Shown here in pieces: positions 51,710 through 62,480 of a DNA stretch of 64,000 bases; within the stretch, counting starts at the first letter, position 1; every line of letters begins with the position of its first letter. Below the pieces are notes generated by a model that was given only the letters and a program-made list of their open reading frames with translations, made no database searches and was not told the DNA's origin. Origin of the DNA: Yuukianura sp. NJ FZ-2021 (Eukaryota); the NCBI GenBank assembly GCA_046563655.1, contig CM102286.1, positions 5,580,001-5,644,000 of the forward strand. Direction: 5' to 3'. The translations under genes were made by a program, and so were the position numbers.

Positions 51710-52470
51710 CAGTATAAGACGAGATGAGCTGTAAACTTAATCTAACTGATCTAAAATCATATTTTAGGTTAAGTATATTGCTCCCAATTTCAACTGCCTA
51801 AACAAATTAAATAAACTTAAATTACTACTAATAAAAATAAGTATTAGTTTACACAAACACATTAGGGGGTTAGGGTTAGGTTATGGGGATTAAACTAAGG
51901 TTATGGTACACGAACGAGCGTAGATTGGATTAGGACGTTGTATTGGGAACAATCGCACATGACACACGAAGGGCTATTTAGTCGCAAAACTCTATTCAGT
52001 CCTAATGTCAATTTTTACAAATGCAGAAGTTGTAAAGCAAATTGTCGAATTTGACACTATTTTAAAACATTTATATTTCACATACCGTACGAGTCTGCGA
52101 CACGAACTGTTAAGAGTAAGACTATTTTATACTATTAGAACGTACGTTGGGATGACGAATAAACTTAACTAAATGAGTAATTACCTTATAACACTTAGTT
52201 GAGCACTGTTACATTAAAATCACACCAATTAAGTTGATTTTGAATTGAATTTCTGCCGCTCTATTTAAACATGGCGTCACACGTAGGACTCGGTACCTAA
52301 ATAGTAATTTGTGGAGCAACCGTCGTCACTATCATTTTATTTTGCAATCAGTGAGCGAACGTTACAAGCATTTTTGACACTTCGGACTAGGTAAAAGACA
52401 TTTTCATTGATTATATTTCTATTAAGTTAGTAGTGGTTCCGGATTTCCCTCCATCGTTGTGTTGAATTCA

Positions 52471-53202
52471 TCATTTGTTTGGAAAGCTGGCCTTGTAGTA
52501 ATATCTGAATGTCTCAACCAATCCTACAGCTATCACGAGAGCTGTCGTTCCTAACAAAATGTAATCGGATGTTCCTCCCTTTAGATGAACAGGTACGCCA
52601 TCATCTTTCTAGAAAAATTCGGATGATTAATATCAGTGTGTCAGACTTACCTCAAGTTTTACACATGTTGGGAGGGAAATAAAATCTTATCGTATCTGTA
52701 TCATCGCAATTCGCCATTGACTACATAGTCCAGGAAAACCAATAAAAACTTATTCGGAGTGTATGATAGCATGACTAAAATCATAATAGACAATTCTCTA
52801 GAAGAGGAAAGTTGCCTCTACGTTAAGATTTGGAACGATTATACTTTTACCGAATCCATCAAACAAACTGCTAACTTAGACGTGCCGGTAGCCTTACCTG
52901 GAACTTAATCATCTTTTGTTTCAAAGCCTCAGGAACTTCACCGTACTCGATCGTGCCGTAGCCGGTGTGTTTCGACAATTCTTGGACTGGGATTGTGGCA
53001 GGCTTGAATCCAGAGTCATAGTAGATTGGTGGCGGTTCATCAAATGGCCGCAAACCCTAACAAACAGATGACAATGAGTAAAGCATTTCGCTGCAATAAA
53101 ATACTTGGTTGTAACGTATTTTTGTCTCACCTGGGGTAACATTGCTTTAAATTGTTGAGCTCCCAAAAGTCGTCCACTCAGCCGGTTTAATTTGTAGAAC
53201 AT
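52471..53202 (-). CDS. COX7A2L: Cytochrome c oxidase subunit 7A2-like (COX7RP/SCAF1-type) protein, 122 aa, 3 exons
   Basis: Exons 53202-53131, 53056-52898, 52608-52471 (369 nt). MFYKLN...PQGLRPFDEPPPI N-terminal extension (vertebrate COX7A2L, as recalled: MYYKF...PQGLKP...PPII) and COX7A core KFQKDDGVPVHLKGGTSD + TM + ASFPNK. Confidence 0.82.
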
Positions 53203-53889
53203 TTTTAACCAATATTCTTTGGAATAAGTGATTTTAACTTCTAAATGGTGTTGATAGGTTCCAATTTGATATTGAAAGACAATAAATCAACTATACAAAA
53301 CCGATGACGGAAATCGGTTAAAAAAATCAGCACTAAAATCTAGTAAATAACCTACCTTACCTTATCTTGTTCATGACGTTAAGGTTTTATCTAAAAAGCG
53401 GAATACGTATACGGAATACATAACACTACATATACGGAGTTTGCTGAACGCAAGTCAGCGTTTTAGGGAGACCTTCGTATTCACTTTTTCACGTTAGCAT
53501 AGCGACGCAGATGCAGAAGCACAGGCGAAGTAACAACAGCAGCTGATTCGGTACTCGCCTCAGCTGTTGTTTACAGGGAGGGAGTACACGACACACACGA
53601 GTCACGTACACGTACGAGACGTCCGGCTAGGAACTTGTTTCGTGTTGCAAACGTTGAATCGGTGGTGGTGTTTACGACTACGAGTCGTACGTACGTAACT
53701 CGTCGCGACCCTTGACTTGCTGCGTTTTATTACCAAGTAAATTATACAAAGCACTATCAGCATCAGTCAGCGAGTACTTCGTACTTCCCTAGTATACCAT
53801 ATTAAACTATTAGAGATTTACTCCGTATTTAATTATGAAGGTTGTGCTTTAATAAGTGACGCAGACAGTAAAGGAACATCGGGTCCTTG

Positions 53890-54211
53890 ATGCGGAACCG
53901 GACATTCCGTTCGTCACGGCTTGTTCGCATACTGGACGCATGGCCTGGAAAAGCCACGTTTGGAATGTATAGGTTTTTACCAATTTTCTTTGTTCTGGGA
54001 GCAGCACTGGAATTTTCTATGATCAATTGGAAAGTGGGACAAGTCAATTTCTGTAAGTCAAATCTTAAGGCGTAGCACATATACACTCGTAGTCCTAATA
54101 GTGGATGATTTAATTTTAATAACACTCTGCTTTCTTTTATTAGATAACACTTTTAAGAACAGGATTGCTCATGACCTTGTAACTGCCAAGAAGGAAGATC
54201 AATTTCGTTGA
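53890..54211 (+). CDS. SMIM4: SMIM4/UQCC5 (Drosophila sloth1) complex III assembly microprotein, 76 aa, 2 exons
   Basis: Exons 53890-54052 and 54144-54211. RILDAWPGKATFGMYRFLPIFFVLGAALEFSMINWKVGQVNFYNTFK. Confidence 0.92.
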
Positions 54212-54349
54212 GCCACAAATTTACAAATCAAGCAAAGATAGACGTTTGGTGTCAGTTCAATCGATTCTACTCGTTTAATTCATACAACTTCTAGTCCGGG
54301 AGTACTTTGCTCTTGTCTTCTTTCATCATAGAACGAAACCCAGAACGTG

Positions 54350-54562
54350 ATGCCTGCTGGAGTTCCTTTATCAACTTACTTGAAGTTCATGGCGGCTTCA
54401 CTGTTGTCAATGTTTGCCGGCGCCCAAATGGTTCATAGGTACTACAGACCTCTAGACGACTTGGATAGTTATGTTCAGAGGGAGATGCTGCGTCAAGGCC
54501 TTGTAGAGGACGACAACCGACATGTGACGGCGCTGGCGAACGAAACAACGAAAGGATATTGA
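54350..54562 (+). CDS. UQCC6: C12orf73/BRAWNIN/UQCC6 (Drosophila sloth2) complex III assembly microprotein, 70 aa
   Basis: Single exon. MPAGVPLSTYLKFMAASLLSMFAGAQMVHRYYRPLDDL, the family signature. Confidence 0.92.
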   Translation: MPAGVPLSTYLKFMAASLLSMFAGAQMVHRYYRPLDDLDSYVQREMLRQGLVEDDNRHVTALANETTKGY

Positions 54563-54952
54563 AGTCAAAAGCAGCGCAGAAGTGTAAGTTGAAGGATCTC
54601 CCTCTGCAGCCTCAAATCGTCAATTCCCTCACCAAACCACTTATCCTTTGATTCTATGCGGAACCTTCAAGTGAACATCAGCCAACGTTAATGCCTGTTT
54701 CCGGCGTGACATTGAAATATGTTGCGGAACAATTAGCATCATGAGAACTCAAAATTCTGTACAAATTGAAAGTAGAAATTAAATGTTTCCGTTATGACTG
54801 TAGCCGGTTTTGTTGTGTTATGCATGTGAACTTAGCCGTTTATTAATTGCATCCATCCATCTATTATATTACACTCAAGTGTTGCAACTGATCCGAAATT
54901 CGACGTTTGATTTTAAGACAGAGGATTATTATGTGAAATAGCGCGTTGTGCA

Positions 54953-57375
54953 TCAACTCATATTCTCTCTGCTGTAGTTAAATGTGTTTTGAGTTGGCAG
55001 TATCTGATGCAAGTGAAATCCCGGAGGTGGATACGCCTGATTCTGATGATATCCATAACGCTGTGAGTATGGATCCATAGGCCCATTATGTGCTTGCATT
55101 GGGTGCTGCTGGTGTTGGTGATGGTGGTAGTAGCTGTAATTTTACAACAATAATTTATCAATTTACGAACTAAACGTTCGTTACTAAAAGCAAAACTGAG
55201 ATGTAGTTATAAAGTTGTTCTGAGTGCATCTCGGTACTCAACCAAGAATTAAATGACATACCCGTACGGATGTTGTTGTTCTTGATGAAATCCATTTCCA
55301 CGATGGTATGCACTCAATGACGGTGGCGCTGCTGGGCTCGGAGCCGAGAATATAATTGCAGGATCTAGGCTTGACCAAGGATCTTGAACTTTTTGGAAAC
55401 CTGGCGGAGGAAGTCCTTCAATTCAAACAAAAACAAACTTCAGCAAAACAGCAAAGTCTTCACGTTCCTCAAACATTTTACCCTCACTGGGCTTATACCG
55501 TCTGGCCATTTGCTAACTTTAACGAGTTTAACTGTCCCGGTTTTATCGTTATGAGGGGAAAACAAGGGTTAGGGGAACAATTTTAAAGTTAGCAAATGAC
55601 GAAATGACCACATAGATTCATTCAAGATGAAGATATTGAAACGTTTACCTTGTCGTAACTTCTCCCCTTCAATGACTTCACGCTGAATTAGCTCCTCAAA
55701 CGCTTTCTGAGTTTCTCCAAACGGATTAAACTCGGCTCCGAATTCCGAGCGATCGTAACCTAGAAGGTCGTCAAAGATGCTGTTGAGTGGTTCCCGTTCC
55801 CGCTGCGTCTGGTCAGGTGGAAGCTCTTCGACCTCCTGTTCTTCCGGTGACTGATCCAGTTCTTCAGGCTCTTGCTCCTCGTCGCCTTCTTGTTCTTCCA
55901 GTGGTGGTGAAGGTGTAGGCGCAGGACTAGGGCTTTCCCCGTTATTCGTATCCAAATCTTGCACAGGCGTTACTTGTGTCGGGGTTAACTCTCGGGGCGA
56001 TGAGTCCGCGTCGTGTGAGTCGTGTAATTCCTGTTGGCGATGGCGATTTAAGCTAAAGTGTAGTAAAAAGCAAACGTTAATCAAAACAACACTAGTAATT
56101 TTAGACTAAAATTTAGTTTTTAGTAAATATATTTCTCAAACGAATTTCTGTACCTTTTCTCCCGCTCCCCTTTTAGAAAACCATCTACCAAGCCTTTCTC
56201 ATAGTCGACGTGTCGCCCCGAAGTCATGTCATCCTTTGTAAAGCTCGCCTCAGGTTCGCCAATACTGTGCAAGTACATACACTCTGTCTTGGGACACGCG
56301 GAATTCCTCAAGAAGTGAGAACAGTACTTTGTTGTGCCGAGATTCGCTTTAATGGTTTTGTTGTCGAATATCGCATTGTTTACGGAAGTTAACGCCCGAA
56401 GTGCGTCTTCACTCCTTGCATACGTGATATACGCAGATCCTGTCGTCGTAGGCTAGTACAGAAAGTACAAAGACCTTATAGCAAGTTGTAATTTCCGGGT
56501 AAAGGGTGTAATCGTAACATTGTACCTCCTTTGGTTGGTTCACTACAACCTTGATTATCTTTCCGAACTTTCCGAAGTACTCGAATCTTTTGAGTACTTC
56601 GCTATCGGCAATCCGGGAACTCAAGCCAACAACGAAGATTAGATTCTTTTGAACGACACGGAGCTCCTGTAACTGCTTCTTGTTCACTTTGATTTTCTTT
56701 CCTTTCTTCCGAATATCTCCAGCCGGTTTGAAGTTTGCAGGTGAGTCGGAATAAGGCTTCCTGCAAGCTGGACATGTTGGCGAAATTTCGGGTTGGGATT
56801 CAGACTTAATTCGATGCCAGCAGAAGCGACATATCTGGAATGAAACAAAAGTATATACATTTAGCATCAGAAATCAGAATAAAACTAAAAAGTAATTATA
56901 CCAAATATTTAGACTTTAACTCTAATCAACGCTTTCCAGGGGACAGGAAGGTTAGTATGTTAATACGTTCCTGGTCCAGGAAGTATAAGGCAAAAGTTCT
57001 GGAATTCCGACCCATTGATCGACATCATAACCATGTGTACTGATTGAACAATACTAAATTCTCTCTGCGTACAAGGTAACGTTATTCATTGAGATACGAG
57101 TTTACCCATTTACTATCAAGTTGATAGTATCAACATCCTGACATCCTGCAACAAGGTTGTTCCCTTCTATTCGAATTCGCAATACTTCGCCAATGTTTAC
57201 AGGCCTGCCTGCCCACCATTACGGTGGCAGGTAGCACTAGCACCATCGACCAATATGACTAGAGCGCGTTACTAACCTGATATCCGCAAGTGCAAGGGAA
57301 GAACGATTTATCGTCAAGGTCGAATTCTTCCATACACAGTGGACATTCCATTGGAGTTTGTGAGTCTTGTAGCAT
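54953..57375 (-). CDS. CNOT4: CCR4-NOT subunit 4 RING E3 ligase, ~481 aa, 6 exons
   Basis: Exons 57375-57277, 56834-56526, 56452-56154, 56052-55649, 55415-55262, 55133-54953 (1446 nt). C4C4 RING ECPLCMEEFD..FFPCTCGYQICRFCW..CPACRKPY; RRM RVVQKNLIFVVGL; C3H1 GTTKYCSHFL..C...CMYLH; C-terminal PPPGF and SLDPAII motifs. Confidence 0.92.
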
Positions 57376-58913
57376 TGTAAATTTAGAACCGTAGAACTTT
57401 TGTGCGGGGTATTAGCGATGACTGATCAATTCCCACTTCGGTAAACCACCTTCTGCTGATTTAAATTTTAAAATGAGTAAAATTATTGTGCGAGCTTTCT
57501 CCCGTTGTTCCCTGACCTGATCTCTGCAGTCTAAAGTTGATGAATAATAGAAAAAAAAAGACTCAGAGAACACAGAACAGCAGAGAAGAGATCATTTGCA
57601 ATCGACAACTTTCGTACGACGTAAACGACGACAAAGGAAGGAGGTGGGGGGAGCAAATAATCCATAATTGGGAACCTCCAACGTTGCAACCATGTATTTT
57701 TGCAACTTTGTATTGGTCGGGAATTTAGTTACCAATTCCTCAAATTTAGAAAATGTTTTGATACTCATATAACAAATAATACAAATTGAAAATTATATAA
57801 GACTTATTTATGATTAGTAATTCAACCCAAAAAATTTAAATACTAAAGCGTTTTCAGAAAAATTCTAAAACTGGGAAATGTTTCATTTGATTAGAAATAT
57901 TACAACACAAAGTTATTGCTGATCCAAGCGCGTTTTTAAGCCTCTTGTTTCAATTTTGAAGGTTGAGCGTTTCATATTGTTTTCGTATTTATTCCACCAA
58001 TTTCACGTTTATATTATAATCGTTTACATAGTCTTTTGCATTTCACCAGTGTTAAACAATTCCTTGTGAAAATTGGCAACACGGTTCTCCTGTGTTTCGC
58101 TCCCCAAGTTCAGTCACCTCAACAGAATGAAACACTTAAATCAAATACGTCACTTAATCAACGCAGCTTAAGTCCCCCCTCCCCCCTGCGCGCTAATCCT
58201 GATTTCTCTTTTTAAATTGACTCACCTAAAAGATACTTCTACTCTCCTTGCCACAATTACTCCCCCAAGATTACAACTGCTTACACTTGATAACTGCAAA
58301 CTTTATAATCTGTTTGTATTATACATATAATATTGTAGATAATGTAAAAAAAAGTACTAGTATTTATTTTTCATTTTTTTTATTTTTTCGAATGACTTTT
58401 AGTACGCAACGAGTAACAGTTTTCGTGCTCCGGCTATCATTTTCATTTATTTACGCAGAAATTCAGGTACACCAGGTTATGTATCTATTTAAAACAAAGT
58501 ATTTGAAACTACTTAATTTAATTCTTGTTTATTTTTTTTATACACGTTGTTAGTTATTTTACAAATGTTTGGAAATTGACTTTTAAATTTTTAATTTTGG
58601 TTTACCAAGTTTGAATACAAACTTTTGGTAATGCCCAGCTGCGTACTGCATTGAGTAGGCCGAGCAAAGTGGGTTTTTCTCAAGCAGATGAGTTGTTTAC
58701 AGGAAATGGTTTTTGTGAACATCTGATCCTGTTATCTATTCAGTCATTCATCAACTTCTTTCGGATTGCCAACGTGTCTAAATTAATTTACTAATTAGAT
58801 TAAGGACGGTGATAATGTTTTAGCGTTTTTAGCAACCGGATAAACATCAGCAGTTACTCGGATTATTTTCGCTTCATTGTTCATCCTCTTCTGCCGCTTT
58901 TCTTGCCAAGGAG

Positions 58914-60396
58914 ATGTACAAGTTTCGTAAGTCCAGTTCGTCATCTTGTGTGAATGAAGAGCGGGAATCCGACATTGAAGCCAGTGGAGGGCAATTCCCA
59001 GTTGATCAATGGCCTGCAATTGGGGATGATCAGGATTACGGACTGGTCAATGCCTTTACACTTCGCCATGCTGATGGTATGACATACGTATGTTACGAAC
59101 CCACCAAAAATAATAAAATGGACCATAATTACGCAAAGTTGGAGCCAGTTGTTACCGGGAACCGGGAACAATTACAGCTGGGAAGTGTTACTGGGGACGA
59201 TAACGATACAAATCCGGAACGAATTAGCGTGATTACCGATGAGGTGAGTTGTCGATGCTAAAAGGATTGTTATTATTTGAACTTTAACTTCGTTACGGAG
59301 CTTGCCAATTGTTTTGTAGTCTATGTCCTACCTCTATATCAGTCCTTTTTGGTCCTAGTTTTTACATAAAATGTAGTTTTTCGTTTGATTTTAGCCAAAG
59401 TTGAATACCATTGCTGAAAAACAAGTTATAGCGCTGGGAAGCTTATTTGATGAGGGTATTGAAGAGCCCGAATCAATTTTGGTGAGTTTTTATTTAATTT
59501 TTTTCAGCTTATTCGCGTCGAGCAATAATACGAAGTTCACAGTTGTCATTCTTAACTCTTCAAATCAGCGAAAAAATTTACTGCCTCCTGTATACACTTT
59601 TTTCTTGTTTTACTTTTAGCCAACTCTTGCAGAGGAGAACGACGTAATGACCAGTGAGAAATTCAACGTTCACCCAGTGTGTTCCGGAGAAAAGGTATGT
59701 AAGACTAGAAATTCCTGTTCATACGAATTGCATAATTGTAACATGTTTTTGGTTTTGTTGTAAGTGCGCTTGGTCCAGGACGACTTGCTCAGTTCCAATG
59801 TCGGGTTATAACCAAGAAGCTTGTTCCAATGTGGTAAGATAAATACCCACCCAGTCGGCTTCTCTTTAAACGATGTATGTAATTGATTCTCAATGTAAAT
59901 AATCTGATGATAAACATTTTGTTGTAAGGCTAAAAGGAAAAATGTGTCGCTGAATTTGAATAGCATAGCTTTGATTCAAAAGCTGAAACCTAATGAGCAT
60001 ATAAGACTGCTGGATCGTTATGCCCTTCTAACAGACGGCAACACATGCTGGAACCCGCCTCTTTTTCTTAAGAATAAGCACCCAATTCCGAATTTGGAAC
60101 CGCCAACTCAGAAATGTAAGCAAACTAAGACTGGATATCGATATGCTATAGTCAAATCTATGGAAAACATTATTATTATCAGTGACCTTGTGGTGATAGT
60201 AGAAGGGGGAATAGGACAACGCGGTAAATTATTTTTAGCCCACCAAAAAAGGGTAAAAAATGTTCCCAATTTTAACCCTCCGAAAAAAGGGTCCCTCAAA
60301 ACTCTCAACATCAAAAAAGTCGAAAAGTCGAAATGTCAACAACAAAAAGGTCGACAACAAAAAAGTCAAAACACAAGTATTGGAATTTTTTCATAG
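58914..60396 (+). CDS. Hypothetical spliced orphan protein, ~342 aa, 5 exons
   Basis: Putative exons 58914-59243, 59395-59481, 59620-59694, 59765-59833, 59929-60396 join in frame through phase-0 GT-AG introns (1029 nt). No family recognised. Confidence 0.55.
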
Positions 60397-60410
60397 AAAT
60401 CTCGAACATT

Positions 60411-60481
60411 GACTCTAGCCTAGTGTCTAAGTGCTTGTAACTACTTCTCGGCGGTCGCTTGTTCGAATACCACACGGGTCA
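60411..60481 (+). other. Degenerate tRNA-like / SINE-head sequence
   Basis: A-box-like tagcctagtgtctaag and B-box-like gttcgaatacc at tRNA spacing; ends gactc/gggtc can pair; the T and anticodon stems are broken. Confidence 0.35.
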
Positions 60482-60735
60482 ACGCTTGTGGTTAAGAAGT
60501 TACAAGTTGACTGGGGTCAATGTTATTGATATTTTTGAATTTTTCAGTAAAGGCTTAAAAAAGTTCTTGAAACAATACTTTTCACAAGAATAAACGGTTT
60601 TCGAAAATTTTTTAAAATTCATTCAAGCATTGTTTCGAGGACTACTTAAACAGTGAACTCTGAATCTAGAAGTCATCAGTTCTGAACTTAGTAGTGGAAA
60701 TTACAACATTCCTACTCCATAGCCATTCTCAAAAG

Positions 60736-61440
60736 ATGGAAGAGGTAAAGCATGAAATTGCTCTCCGAGTAAGAGGTATTCCGTGGGAAAGGCGCCCAGA
60801 AAAGTGTCCTGGATTTTATATAACTCCAATTTGTTTGCAAAACTCGTCAGCGTTTAAAACTCACGAAGAGTACAAAGCGCTTCCAGTTACTCGGGTTTGC
60901 GATCACAGTCGCTGCAACTATAGTGGTGAATACGACTACATGATTGAAAAACTGTTTGGAGATGGAGTATTTAAATCAGCTGATTTGCAAGAAATTATGG
61001 ACGAAATTTCGCGACTCCGAAAATTTAAAAAGTATTATTGCAAATACATGCAATGTTCTGGATTCATTTTACGAAAGGGGAAGAAAGCAACAGCCGACCC
61101 ACATTCCCTAGTTCCTGGTTATGACTTTTCCAGAAGCAAAGAAGCTCCTTATACCTTACCATGCAACGGCTGGAACTGTGATACAACGGCGTTTGCAAAG
61201 TACATTATCATTGCGGCTTTAGCCCGTGGATATTTGGCTCCAACGTATTCTCTTCGAAATAATCCACTCATCATCCTGGAAAAAGTGGGGTGGACGGCAA
61301 TGCTGAATGCAACTCCTCATGAAGCACATAAAGAATTTATTCAAAATTCAGAAAACTGGCTTGCAAAACAATGGGAGTTTCTGTGGAGCCCTGACGTTCT
61401 CTACACTACGCGTCAACAACGAATATCTCATTTTGCTTGA
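60736..61440 (+). CDS. Intronless hypothetical protein, 234 aa, with several Cys pairs
   Basis: 705-nt open frame with protein-like composition in AT-rich DNA; CDHSRC, CKYMQC and CNGWNC; no recognisable family. Confidence 0.55.
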   Translation: MEEVKHEIALRVRGIPWERRPEKCPGFYITPICLQNSSAFKTHEEYKALPVTRVCDHSRCNYSGEYDYMIEKLFGDGVFKSADLQEIMDEISRLRKFKKYYCKYMQCSGFILRKGKKATADPHSLVPGYDFSRSKEAPYTLPCNGWNCDTTAFAKYIIIAALARGYLAPTYSLRNNPLIILEKVGWTAMLNATPHEAHKEFIQNSENWLAKQWEFLWSPDVLYTTRQQRISHFA

Positions 61441-61936
61441 AGTTTATTTCGAGAATGTCGTTTTGTAGTCGATGAACTTTTAACCCTTTTTCTATAATTT
61501 GGAAAAGGATCGTTTCTGATGAAAATCGTTTCGAGTTGTTCGTTTAATCCTTTTGAAAGCTGTCTCTAACCGTATGAAACCGTATGTAGCCGTCTGTAAC
61601 TGACTACGACGCTTCCGGATTCTATTTTTTAGAACTCGCATACACTACGCCACGTTCCCGGCCGCCGTGAAAACTTCAGAATTTGCTAATCAAAGTCTCC
61701 AGAAGTTCTCCAGTATCAAGACCGCTATCCAACTTTCCAGATCCCCCAATATTTTAAAAGATGGCTACAGAGTACAAAGTAGTCAAGCTGAAACGCTTGA
61801 ACACCTCATGGCTACAGCGTTGGATTTATCAAGCCCAGTCCTGCGGGAGCCTTTGGGCCGTGTGAGCCAGCCATTGGAAGCCAGTCTTTGGACGCCAGCC
61901 CTTGGACGCCAGCCCTCAATTCGCATGAATTTTTAA

Positions 61937-62165
61937 CGTAATATAACAACTTCACTGCATAATACAATGGCCTCTCTGTATAATACAATGGCCTCTCTGC
62001 ATAATACAATGGCCTCTCTGCATAATACAATGGCCTCTCTGTATAATACAATGGCCTCTCTGCATAATACAATGGCCTCTCTGCATATTACCATGGCCCA
62101 GTTGTATAATACCACAACGTCATTACATAATGCCGAGTTTATTCTGTACAACATAGCGAGTTTGC
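61937..62165. repeat. 21-bp minisatellite (yataatacaatggcctctctg), 6 near-perfect plus several degenerate copies
   Basis: Direct inspection: near-perfect copies span 61958-62083. Confidence 0.92.
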
Positions 62166-62283
62166 GAGAGTAAAGTCTAGACTTTGTCAATGTCACGGGA
62201 ACTTACTCCGTGAGTACACCTTGCAGAGTTCTTCCTCGGGATTATTTCCCGCAGGTAACCTTCCTTCGAGAGTCAGATCATCG

Positions 62284-62480
62284 TCAATACGATGGTCACG
62301 TTGTATAATACCATGGTCACATTGTATAATACCATGGTCACGTTGTATAATACCATGGTCACGTTGTATAATACCATGGTCACATTGTATAATACCATGG
62401 TCACGTTGTATAATACCATGGTCACGTTGTATAATGCCATGGTCACGTTGTATAATACAAGAACCTCACTGCATAATACA
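62284..62480. repeat. 21-bp minisatellite (tataataccatggtcacrttg), about 9 copies
   Basis: Direct inspection; related to the 61937 array and followed by a (cac)n tract near 62505-62528. Confidence 0.92.

Noticed and set aside
51862..51907. TTAGG/TTAGGG-like repeats as an interstitial telomere
   Set aside because: Only a few degenerate copies; too short to support.
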